NCBI RefSeq assembly: GCF_026210795.1
Contig: NC_089430.1
Coordinates: forward strand, 1,364,001 to 1,428,000
Reading direction: 5' to 3'
DNA: 64,000 bases
Source of the DNA: Rhizophagus irregularis
Lineage: Eukaryota
The translations under genes were made by a program, and so were the position numbers. A model generated the notes under the pieces. That model was given only the letters and a program-made list of their open reading frames with translations. It was not told where the DNA came from and made no database searches. Numbering within the stretch: the stretch's first letter is position 1; each line of letters begins with the position of its first letter. This document shows positions 1 through 13,100 of this stretch, one piece after another.

Positions 1-470
1 AAAAAATTCTTAACGAAATTCTCTATCAAAAAAAAATCTCACTTGTTAAAAAAATTTTCTAGTAACGAAATTATCTATCAAAAAAAAAATCTTCCCTATT
101 AAAAAAATTCTTCAAATAATTTTCTGCAAAAAAAAAAAAAATTCTCAATTAATTCTTTATCAAAAAAAAAAATCTCTCCTATCAAAAAAAAATTGTTAAG
201 TACATATCAAAAAAAAATCTTATCAAAAAAAAAATTCTCCAATAAAATTTCTATCAAATAAAAGTTTTTAACGAAATTATCATCAAAAAAAAAACTCAGA
301 AATGTTCCTATCAATGAAAAAAAATCTTATTAAAAAAATTCCCAAAGAAATTCTATCAAACTAAGCCTTTGCCTATATTAAAAATAAAAATTCTCTACAA
401 AATTTGTTTATAAAAAAAAGCCAATAAAAAAAAAAAAAATTTTTTAAAACTACGCTAAACTTAAAACATG
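1..470. repeat. A-rich low-complexity repeat with recurring (C)TATCAAAAA motif
   Basis: Many tatcaaaaaaaa / aaaattct units; probably the interior of a non-autonomous element running off the window. Confidence 0.6.
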
Positions 471-534
471 TGACCAACAAAATATCAACCCTGTGCTGAC
501 AAAGAAACTAATTTTTGACAAAGATAAAATTATT

Positions 535-1019
535 GAGCATAGTTGGATTAAATCAAATACAGTTGGACAAAAACATCAAGCACAGACGGACAAAAATATC
601 AAGCACAAATGGATAAAAACATAAAGCACGGACGGATAAAAATGTCAAGCATGGTCAGATAAAAACATCAAGCACGTACAGATAAAACCATCAAGCACGT
701 ACAGATAAATATCAAGCACGTACAGATAAACATCAAGCACGTACAGATAAAACATCAAGCACGTACAGATAAAACATCAAGCACGTACAGATAAACATCA
801 AGCATGAACAGATAAAAATATCAAGCACGTGATAGATAAACATCAAGCATGAACAGATAAAAATATCAAGCACGTACAGATAAATATCAAGCACGGGACA
901 GATGAAAATCAAGCATAAACAGGTAAAATGTCAGACACGGGGTGACATTTTGTCAAGCCATGCTTGATATTTTATCGCACAATGTCTGATAATTATGTCC
1001 AACTCGGCTTGCCATACCC
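535..1019. repeat. ~21-23 bp minisatellite (ATCAAGCACGTACAGATAAAAC), probably subterminal repeats of a DNA transposon end
   Basis: Roughly 18 units, near perfect at ~665-800, decaying at both sides; an inverted unit TGCTTGATATTTT at ~961; ends ...TTGCCATACCCT. Confidence 0.75.
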
Positions 1020-3755
1020 TATGTCTTAGCAAGCAGTCTTACCTCAAACGTTTTTTGATATGAATAGTGAAGCTTTTGATAAAGTTAATTAACGTCCCAC
1101 AAACCTGATTTACTTGTATGTAAAATTAAAATCCTTTGTTTTGATGACTCCCGTAGGTGCTAACATTTGAAGCAAATACTGTGATATGGATTTTCTTCTG
1201 CGGTAGAACAAAAAATATGTTAATTAGAAAGCAAATAATCACTTTTAAACGGTCACGTTATAATGTTAGGGAAATAATTATAGGAAGAAATTTCTTTGGT
1301 GATAAATTTGCGGCTGATATGAAAGATTCTATGGATTACTTTTCTGACTCCAATTAAATAATTATTACTAATAGAGATATACGAAAATATATTTTGGCCG
1401 TGTAATATGTTATATTTTTTCATTTTTTTGCCTTCTCAGTTTTCCATCAGATTTCTTCTGGTTCTTCAATTTTTTTTGTTTTTTTTTCTTTACAATAATA
1501 ATATTTATTTAATTCTCTTTCAAGTTTTTACCTTCCTTTTATAAAAAATTTAATTTTAATTTAATACTTTAAGAGTGCGCTTAAATTTTTTTTTTTTAAT
1601 ATTTTATGCCATACTAGCAGTCTCGCACCGGGGTCAATGGACTTGAACCATATAATAAATTATGCACAAAATTAGATATCAAATAATCAACACTTATGAT
1701 ACTACTAACCTAACAGAGTCGTGTTACACATTACACAATTCAAATTAATTTATACAAGTAATCTAAAACATCTTTAATTATAAAGATTATAAATATTAAA
1801 AGATATTATCTATTGATAATTTAAGTGCACAATTCAATTTTATTTTATTTTCAGAAATGATTGTAGCATGAATATAATATTAGATACTTCAAGTCCAAAA
1901 GAAAAATGCCATCTTGAATAATTTTTATGGATAGTATAGATTTATGAAATATTTCCTATATTTCATCTCTAATTAGTCACATAATTGTCTCAAATCAATC
2001 TGAGGTTCGCGTAAACTAATTAATCTGTGAAGATTGTAACAACTTTCATCTATTATACAAATTTATTATTAGTCATTGTTGATTAATCATATGCATTAAT
2101 TACTCTTATTATTATGGAATTAAATCTTTTTTATTCACACAATAAACTTTCCAATATGTTCTCTGAAATTAACATCTTGAATATTACTAAATTCTTATAA
2201 TTTTACGTTCATTTAGCAGAAAAAAAAATATTCATTTGACTATTGAATTTCATTTATTGACGAAAAGCTTACTAATCTGATGATCAAAAGGATACTTAAG
2301 TCTGTTGATCAATGTCACAAAATCTGAAAAAAATTGTTCTATGACCGCAAAAGAGCAAAAAGATGACTGAAATTATATTACCATTATTAAGATTAATTAT
2401 TACAGTATATGATATTAATGAATACTATAAATATATATATACTTTCATTTAATGCATGAAGTATTTCATGTATTAATCATCATCCTCCGGACAATTAAAC
2501 TGATTTACAGCTAGGAATAACACACATGATTTAAAGCATCATATTTTAACAGTTTTTTTATTTTAAACCCTTGAACGGCATGATCATCACAATATAATAA
2601 ATGTGCACTTTTAAGTGTAAAGAGCTTGAAAATGGTAATTTATTGCACAATAAAGTGCTTGATGTTTTAAAACATTTTTTAAATCGTTTTAAAACACTGG
2701 AGTTGTTTTTAAAACATGTTTTTTGCCATTCCTATTTACAGCCCATGGCATTGCACTCATCATTCAGAAATTTATCTTTAACTGTATCTCATATGCAATT
2801 TAACCTTTGCCATGTGGTATTTAACACATTATTATGTAATAAAAATGTGTTTGATCATTTTAAATCTAGTAAAAATTTAGCTTTTAAGATATAAAAATTT
2901 CTTTTCCTGACAATATAATTAATAACTTTTATTAATTAGTTTAACTCGAAATCGCCAAAAAAAAGAAGACTAATTGAAAAAAAATCTATTATTGCTTCAC
3001 TTTCTGAAATTAGTGAGCAGATGATTAAGAAAAAAAGGTATTGAAAAAATTGGGAGATATAAAAAACTATTAATTGAAAAAAGTTTAATTTTTCGATTTG
3101 AACTGAAAAAATCGAAAACTAACTAATTAAAATTTTTTTTTAGTTTTAAGAAAGAAAAACTTTTTTCGGTAAACAGAAAAAAAAACAAAAAAAATTTTTG
3201 GTATTTGAAAAAAATCAAAAGAAAAAATGTGAAAAATTTTAATTTTTAATAAATGTTTTTTTGAAAAAAAAAACAAAAAAAAAAATTTGAAAATATAGAA
3301 AAAATGAAAAAAAATTTTTTTTTCGGTATTGAAAATAAAAAAAAAAGACTAATCTACTTTTCGAATTGAACAATAAGACTTTTTTTTTCATTAATTAGTA
3401 AATCACAAAAATCTGGCTTATCAACACGCGCGATAGTCAATATTTCAATGTTATTCAAGTGTGATTTCAAAGTTGATTTTTAACTCACAAACACATGATA
3501 TTATACGAGGTGTGTATATTTATTATCTAAATATTAAAAAAGAATTTGTACGTATAAAGCTATAAAAAATTTAACCTGAAATAATTTTATTTCTAATCAT
3601 ACGAGTTTCAAATTAGCTTAGGTCTTTTATAGTATAGATTCAAATTTTGTATTAGATAGATAATTTATATATATCAGATATGTACTGTATATATACTTTA
3701 TTAACACAATGCATTTATTTACGTTGATTTGGGGTTGATTACTTTTGTAGTTTTA

Positions 3756-3789
<34 letters not shown>

Positions 3790-4172
3790 CTCTTCTCGGA
3801 AAAAGGATTAAAATTTCATTAACTGGAATTAGATTAGATGTACAATATGACTTGCTGATCAAATGGTCTTAACTATAAAGAATACGGATCAGCAATTCAA
3901 AATTAATTTATACAGGCTAATCTGAACGTTAGTCACACAAACACCATTTTTCTAATTATATAGATATACAGTAGTCATATTATTCATATAGATGGGCGGA
4001 TTTGGATCATCAAGTGAGCCGTATGAATTTTTATGGTATGATCAACATCGAAGAAGCTTCATTACGTAAAACTTACATAATTAATTTATGCAAATTTCTG
4101 TGTTACCTGTTACTTGTGGTTCATTATAAATAAGATTCTTATTTGAAAAAATTTTTTGAGCTTTTGAAAATT

Positions 4173-7100
4173 ATGTCTTCCCAAAATATACCTTTGAAAA
4201 GAAGTAATATTCTGAAATATTTAGAAACCAATTTTACAAATTGGACCAGTGGAAATGGAAAAATTGATGATTTCATTCAAGAAAGGCAATTAAAAATTAA
4301 TAACTATGATGATATAGTGCTTGAATGGATTCCATACAATCAGTTTAATGAAATCAAAGAGACAGGTAACAATGGCTCTGTAACAGTATATTCAGCAAGA
4401 TGGAAGGATGGCCCATTATACATAAGGTGTTTGTGCAGCAATTTTTATAGAAGAAATTCAAATAAAGAAGTTGCTTTAAAATGTTCGCATAGTTCACAAG
4501 AATCCATTGATTCTTTAATAAATGAGGTATGAAATTTCTTCAAATATTTTAATACTTTTTTTAATTAATATATTGACAATCTCTTTTATTTATGTTTAGG
4601 CTAAAAAACATCCAATAAAACATAAAGTATTTCAAGTATTGTATGGAATATCTCAAAATCCAGATACAGGAGATTATATTTTGGTTCAAAACAATTATAT
4701 GTGGACAAGTGAAAATGAAAAAATTGATGATTTCATTCAAGAAAGGCAATACAAAATTAACAAATATGATGATATTGTACTTGAATGGATTCCATACAAT
4801 CAGTTTAGTGAAATTAAAGAGATAGGTAAAAATGACTTTATAGCAGTATATTCAGCAATATGGAAGGATGGTCCATTATATAAGGAATATAAATGGAGTG
4901 ATTATACAAGAAATCCAAATAAAAAAGTTGCTTTAAAATATTTATATAATTCACAAGAATCCATTGATTCTTTGATAAATGAAGTATGAAATTTCTTCAA
5001 ATATTTAAATACTTTTTTTAATTAATATATTTACAATCTCTTTTATTTATATTTAGACTAAAAAATATCCAACAAATTATGAAGTATTTCAGGTATTGTA
5101 TGGAATATCTCAAAATCCAGATACAGGAGATTATATTTTGGTTCAAAATAATTTTACATGGATAAGTGGAAATGAAAAAATTAATGATTTCATTCAAGAA
5201 AGGCAGTACAAAATTAACAAATATGATGAAATTGTACTTGAATGGATTCCATACAATCAGTTTAGTGAAATTAAAGAGACAGGTAAAAATGACTTTGTAA
5301 CAGTATATTCAACAATATGGAAGAATGGTCCATTATATAAGAAATATGAATGGAGTGATTATACTAGAGATTCAAATAAAAAAGTTGCTTTAAAATGTTT
5401 ACGTAATTTGCAAGAATCCATTGATTCTTTAATAAATGAGGTATGAAATTTCTTCAAATATTTAATTACTTTTTTTAATTAATATATTTACAAACCTTTT
5501 TATTTATATTCAGATTAAAAAATATCCAACAAAACACAAAGCATTTCAAGTATTATATGGAATATCTCAAAATCCATATACAGGAGATTACATTTTAGTT
5601 CAAAACAATTCTATAAACTTGACAAACTGTATTAGTGAAATTGAAAAAATTGATGATTTTATTCAAGAAAGGCAATTAAAAATTAATGACTATGATGATA
5701 TAGTGCTTGAATGGATTCCATACAATCAGTTTAATGAAATTAAAAAGAAAGGTAAAATTGGCCCTGCAATAGTATATTTAGCAATATGGAAGAATGGTCC
5801 ATTATATTATAATAAACTGTATGGAAATTATACTAGAGATTCAAATAAAGAGGTCACTTTAAAATATCTATATAATTTACAAGAATCTATTGATTCTTTA
5901 ATAAATGAAGTATGAAATTTCTTCAAATATTTTAATCCTTTTTTAATTTATATATTAACGATCTCTTTTATTTATGTTTAGGCTAAAAAATATCCAATGA
6001 AACACAAAATATTACAAGTATTGTATGGAATATCTCAAAATCCAGATACGGGAGATTATATTTTGGTTCAAAATAATTATATGTGGACAAGTGGAAATGA
6101 AAAAATTGATGATTTTGTTCAGGAAAGGCAATTAAAAATTAATAATTATGATGATATTGTGCTTGAATGGATTCCATATAATCAGTTTAGTGAAATTAAA
6201 GAGACAGGTAAAAATGACATTGTAACAGTATATTCAGCAATATGGAAGGATGGTCCATTATTCAAGTTGTTTGATGATGATTATTATACAAGAGATTCAT
6301 ATAAAGATGTTGCTTTAAAATGTTTACATAATTTGCAAAAATCCATCAATTCTTTAATAAATGAGGTATGAAATTTCTTCAAATATTTAAATACTTTTTT
6401 AATTAAGAAATAATGTATTCACCGCACCCCGCGTTACAAATTTATATATATTTTTATATTTATCATTTGCTATTTTAAGGGGTGCGGCGTATAAACTAAA
6501 GATCGACATAAATAATTTACAAAAAAGGAAGGATACTTTGTAACTCAGGGTGCGGTAAATAAATTCACTCTTTAATTAATATATTTACAATCTCTTTTAC
6601 TTATTTTTAGGCTAAAAAATATCCAACAAATTACAAAGCATTTCAAGTATTATATGGAATATCTCAAAATCCAGATACAGGAGATTATATTTTTGTTCAA
6701 AACAATTATATGTGGACAAGTGGAAATGAAAAAATTGATGATTTCATTCAAGAAAGGCAATTAAAAATTAATGAATATGATGATATAGTGCTTGAATGGA
6801 TACCATACAAGCAGTTTAAAAAAGTTAAAGAATCAGGCAAAAATGGCCTTATAACAGTATATTCAGCAATATGGGAGGATGGTCCATTATATAAGAAGAA
6901 TAAATGGAGTGATTGTACAAGAGATTCATATAAAAAAGTTGATTTAAAATGTTTTTATAATTCACAAGAATCCGTTGATTCTTTAATAAATGAGGTATGA
7001 AATTTCTTTAAATATTTAAATACTTTTTTTTTAATTAATATACTTATAAATTCTTTATTTATATTTAGGCTAAAAAATATTCAACAAAATATGAAGAATT

Positions 7101-10100
7101 TCAAGTATTGTATGGAATATCTCAAAATCCAGATACAGGAAATTATATTTTGGTTCAAAACAATTATATGTGGACAAGTGGAAATGAAAAAATTGATGAT
7201 TTCATTCAAGAAAGGCAATTAAAAATTAATGAATATGATGATATAGTGCTTGAATGGATACCATACAAGCAGTTTAAAAAAATTAAAGAATCAGGCAAAA
7301 ATGGCCTTATAACAGTATATTCAGCAATATGGGAGGATGGTCCATTATATAATAAGGAGAATAAATGGAGTGATTGTACAAGAGATTCATATAAAAAAGT
7401 TGCTTTAAAATGTTTTTATAATTCACAAGAATCCGTTGATTCTTTAATAAATGAGGTATGAAATTTCTTTAAATATTTAAATACTTTTTAATTAATATAC
7501 TTATAAATTCTTTATTTATATTTAGGCTAAAAAATATTCAACAAAATATGAAGAATTTCAAGTAATGTATGGAATATCTCAAAATCCAGATACAGGAAAT
7601 TATATTTTGGTTCAAAATAATTATATATGGACAAGTGGAAATGAAAAAATTGATGATTTCATTCAAGAAAGGCAATACAAAATTAACAAATATGATGATA
7701 TTGTACTTGAATGGATTCCATACAATCAGTTTAGTGAAATTAAAGAGATAGGTAAAAATGACTTTATAGCAGTATATTTAGCAATATGGAAGGATGGTCC
7801 ATTATATAAGGAATATAAATGGAGTGATTATACAAGAAATCCAAATAAAAAAGTTGCTTTAAAATATTTATATAATTCACAAGAATCCATTGATTCTTTG
7901 ATAAATGAAGTATGAAATTTCTTCAAATATTTAAATACTTTTTTTAATTAATATATTTACAATCTCTTTTATTTATATTTAGACTAAAAAATATCCAACA
8001 AATTATGAAGTATTTCAGGTATTGTATGGAATATCTCAAAATCCAAATACAGGAGATTATATTTTAGTTCAAAATAATTATACATGGATAAGTGGAAATG
8101 AAAAAATTGATAATTTTGTTAAGAAGAGGCAATTAAAAATTAATAAACATGATGATATTGTGCTTGAATGGATTCCATACAATCAGTTTAATGAAGTTGA
8201 AGAAATAAACAAAACTAGTCTTATAACAGTATATTCAGCAATATGGAAGGATGGTCCATTATATAAGAAATATAAGCAGAGTGATTATACAAGAACTTCA
8301 AATAAAGAAGTTACTTTAAAATACTTGCATAATTCACAAGAATCCATTGATTCTTTTATAAATGAAGTATGAAATTTCTTTAAATATTTAAATACTTTTT
8401 TTTATTGTGTATATTTATAATTTCTTTAATTTATATTTAGACTAAAAAATATCCAACAAAATATGAAGTATTTCAAGTATTGTATGGAATATCTCAAAAT
8501 CCAAATACAGGAGATTATATTTTAGTTCAAAATAATTATACGTGGATAAGTGGAAATGAAAAAATTGATGATTTTGTTAAAAAGAGGCAATTAAAAATTA
8601 ATAAACATGATGATATTGTGCTTGAATGGATTCCATATAGTCAGTTTAGTGAAATTAAAGAGACAGGTAAAAATGACTTTGTAACAGTATATTCAACAAT
8701 ATGGAAGGATGGTCCATTATATAAGAAATATGAATGGAGTGATTATACTAGAGATTCAAATAAAAAAGTTGCTTTAAAATGTTTACGTAATTTGCAAGAA
8801 TCCATTGATTCTTTAATAAATGAGGTACGAAATTTTTTCAAATATTTAAATACTTTTTTTAACTAATATATTGACAATCTCTTTTATTTATATTTAGGCT
8901 AAAAAATATCCAACAACAAAACATAAATTATTTCAAGTATTGTATGGAATATCTCAAAATACAGATACAGGAGATTACATTTTGGTTCAAAATAATTATA
9001 CGTGGACAAGTGGAAATGAAAGAATTGATGATTTTGTTCAGGAAAGGCAATTAAAAATTAATGAATATGATGATATAGTGCTTGAATGGATACCATATAA
9101 TCAGTTTAGTGAAATTAAAGAGACAGGTAAAAATGACTTTGTAACAGTATATTTAGCAATATGGAAGGATGGTCCATTATATAAAAAACATGAATGGAGT
9201 GATTATACAAGAAATCCAAATAGAGAAGTTGTTTTAAAATGTTTAAATAATTCACAAGAATCCATTGATTCTTTAATAAATGAGGTATGAAATTTTTTCA
9301 AATATTTTAATCCTTTTTTTAGTTAATATATTAACAATCTCTTTTATTAATATTTAGACTAAAAAATATCCAACGAAACATAAAGTATTTCAAGTATTGT
9401 ATGGAATATCTCAAAATCCAGATACAGGAGACTATATTTTGGTTCAAAATAATTATATGTGGACAAGTAGAAATGAAAAAATTGATGATTTTATTCAAGA
9501 AAGGCAATTAAAAATTAATAACCATGATGATATAGTGCTTGAATGGATACCATATAATCAGTTTAGTGAAATTAAAGAGACAGGTAAAAATGACTCTGTA
9601 ACAGTACATTCAGCAATATGGAAGGATGGCCCATTATACCATCAATTCCAATCACTTATCCAAATAGTGGTCATAAAGTATTTGCATAGCAATTTTTATA
9701 CAAGAAATTCAAATAAAAAAGTTGCTTTAAAATATCTACATAATTTACAAGAATCTATTGATTCTTTAATAAATGAAGTATGAAATTTCTTCAAATATTT
9801 AATTACTTTTTTTAATTAATATATTTACAAACCTTTTTATTTATATTCAGATTAAAAAATATCCAACAAAACACAAAGCATTTCAAGTATTATATGGAAT
9901 ATCTCAAAATCCATATACAGGAGATTACATTTTAGTTCAAAACAATTCTATAAACTTGACAAACTGTATTAGTGAAATTGAAAAAATTGATGATTTTATT
10001 CAAGAAAGGCAATTAAAAATTAATGACTATGATGATATAGTGCTTGAATGGATTCCATACAATCAGTTTAATGAAATTAAAAAGAAAGGTAAAATTGGCC

Positions 10101-13100
10101 CTGCAATAGTATATTTAGCAATATGGAAGAATGGTCCATTATATTATAATAAACTGTATGGAAATTATACTAGAGATTCAAATAAAGAGGTCACTTTAAA
10201 ATATCTATATAATTTACAAGAATCTATTGATTCTTTAATAAATGAAGTATGAAATTTCTTCAAATATTTTAATCCTTTTTTAATTTATATATTAACGATC
10301 TCTTTTATTTATGTTTAGGCTAAAAAATATCCAACGAAACACAAAATATTACAAGTATTGTATGGAATATCTCAAAATCCAGATACGGGAGATTATATTT
10401 TGGTTCAAAATAATTATATGTGGACAAGTGGAAATGAAAAAATTGATGATTTTGTTCAGGAAAGGCAATTAAAAATTAATAATTATGATGATATTGTGCT
10501 TGAATGGATTCCATATAATCAGTTTAGTGAAATTAAAGAGACAGGTAAAAATGACTTTGTAACAGTATATTCAGCAATATGGAAGGATGGTCCATTATTC
10601 AAGTTGTTTGATGATGATTATTATACAAGAGATTCATATAAAGATGTTGCTTTAAAATGTTTACATAATTTGCAAGAATCCATCAATTCTTTAATAAATG
10701 AGGTATGAAATTTCTTCAAATATTTAAATACTTTTTTAATTAAGAAATAATGTATTCACCGCACCCCGCGTTACAAATTTATATATATTTTTATATTTAT
10801 CATTTGCTATTTTAAGGGGTGCGGCGTATAAACTAAAGATCGACATAAATAATTTACAAAAAAGGAAGGATGCTTTGTAACGCAGGGTGCGGTAAATAAA
10901 TTCACTCTTTAATTAATATATTTACAATCTCTTTTACTTATTTTCAGGCTAAAAAATATCCAACAAATTACAAAGCATTTCAAGTATTATATGGAATATC
11001 TCAAAATCCAGATACAGGAGATTATATTTTTGTTCAAAATAATTATATGTGGACAAGCGGAAATGAAAAAATTGATGATTTTGTCCAGAAAAGGCAATTA
11101 AAAATTAATAAACATGATGATATAGTGCTTGAATGGATACCATATAATCAGTTTAGTGAAATTAAAGAGACAGGTAAAAATGACTTTGTAACAGTATATT
11201 CAGCAATATGGAAGGATGGTCCATTATATAAAAAACATGAATGGAGTGATTATACAAGAAATTCAAATAAAGAAGTTACTTTAAAATATTTACATAATTC
11301 ACAAGAATCCATTGATTCTTTTATAAATGAGGTATGAAATTTCTTTAAATATTTAAATACTTTTTTTTATTATGTATATTTATAATTTCTTTAATTTGTA
11401 TTTAGACTAAAAAATATCCAACAAAATATGAAGTATTTCAAGTATTGTATGGAATATCTCAAAATCCAAATACAGAAGATTATATTTTGGTTCAAAATAA
11501 TTATACGTGGATAAGTGGAAATGAAAAAATTGATAATTTTGTTAAGGAGAGGCAATTAAAAATTAATAAACATGATGATATTGTGCTTGAATGGATTCCA
11601 TACAATCAGTTTAATGAAGTTAAAGAAATAAACAAAAATAGTTTTATAACAGTATACTCAGCAATATGGAAGGATGGTCCATTATATAAGAAATATAAGC
11701 AGAGTGATTATACAAGAAATTCAAATAAAGAAGTTGCTTTAAAATATCTACATAATTTACAAGAATCTATTGATTCTTTAATAAATGAGGTATAAACTTC
11801 TTCAAATATTTAAATGCTTTTTTTATTAATATATTTACAATCATTTTATTTATGTTTAGGCTGAAAAATATCGAATAAGACATACAGTATTTCAAGTATT
11901 ATATGGAATATCTCAAAATCCAGATACAGGAGATTACATTTTAGTCCAAAACAGTTCTATAAACTTGGCAAATTGTATCAGTAAGAATGAAAAAATTGAT
12001 GATTTCATTCAAGAAAGACAATACAAAATTAACAAATATGATGATATTGTACTTGAATGGATTCCATACAATCAGTTTAGTGAAATTAAAGAGATAGGTA
12101 AAAATGACTTTATAGCAGTATATTTAGCAATATGGAAGGATGGTCCATTATATAAGGAATATAAATGGAGTGATTATACAAGAAATCCAAATAAAGAAGT
12201 TGCTTTAAAATATTTATATAATTCACAAGAATCCATTGATTCTTTGATAAATGAAGTATAAAATTTCTTCAAATATTTAAATACTTTTTTTAATTAATAT
12301 ATTTACAATTTCTTTTATTTATTTTTAGACTAAAAAATATCCAACAAAATATGAAGTATTTCAAGTATTGTATGGAATATCTCAAAATCCAGATACAGGA
12401 GATTATATTTTGGTTCAAAATAATTATACATGGATAAGTGGAAATAAAAAAATTAATGATTTCATTCAAGAAAGGCAATACAAAATTAACAAATATGATG
12501 AAATTGTACTTGAATGGATTCCATACAATCAGTTTAGTGAAATTAAAGAGACAGGTAAAAATGACTTTATAGCAGTATATTCAGCAATATGGAAGAATGG
12601 TCCATTATATAAGGAATATAAATGGAATGATTATACAAGAAATTCAAATAAAGAAGTTGCTTTAAAATATTTATATAATTCACAGGAATCCATTGATTCT
12701 TTGATAAATGAAGTATGAAATTTCTTTAATATTTAAATACTTTTCTTAAATTAGTATATTTACAATTTCTTTTATTTATATTTAGACTAAAAAATATCCA
12801 ACAAAATATGAAGTATTTCAGGTATTGTATGGAATATCTCAAAATCCAGATACAGGAGATTATATTTTAGTTCAAAATAATTATACATGGAGTAGTGGAA
12901 ATGAAAAAATTGATAATTTTATTCAAGAAAGGCAATTAAAAACTAATGAATATGATGATATTGTGCTTGAATGGATTCCATACAACCAGTTTAGTGAAAT
13001 TAATGAAATGGGTAAAAATGGCTCTATAATAGTATATTCAGCAATATGGAAGGATGGTCCATTATACAAAAAAGATAAGTGGAGCAATTATGCAAGAAAT

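Noticed and set aside
535..960. CRISPR-like array
   Set aside because: Units are head-to-tail with no unique spacers, in eukaryotic sequence with no cas genes.
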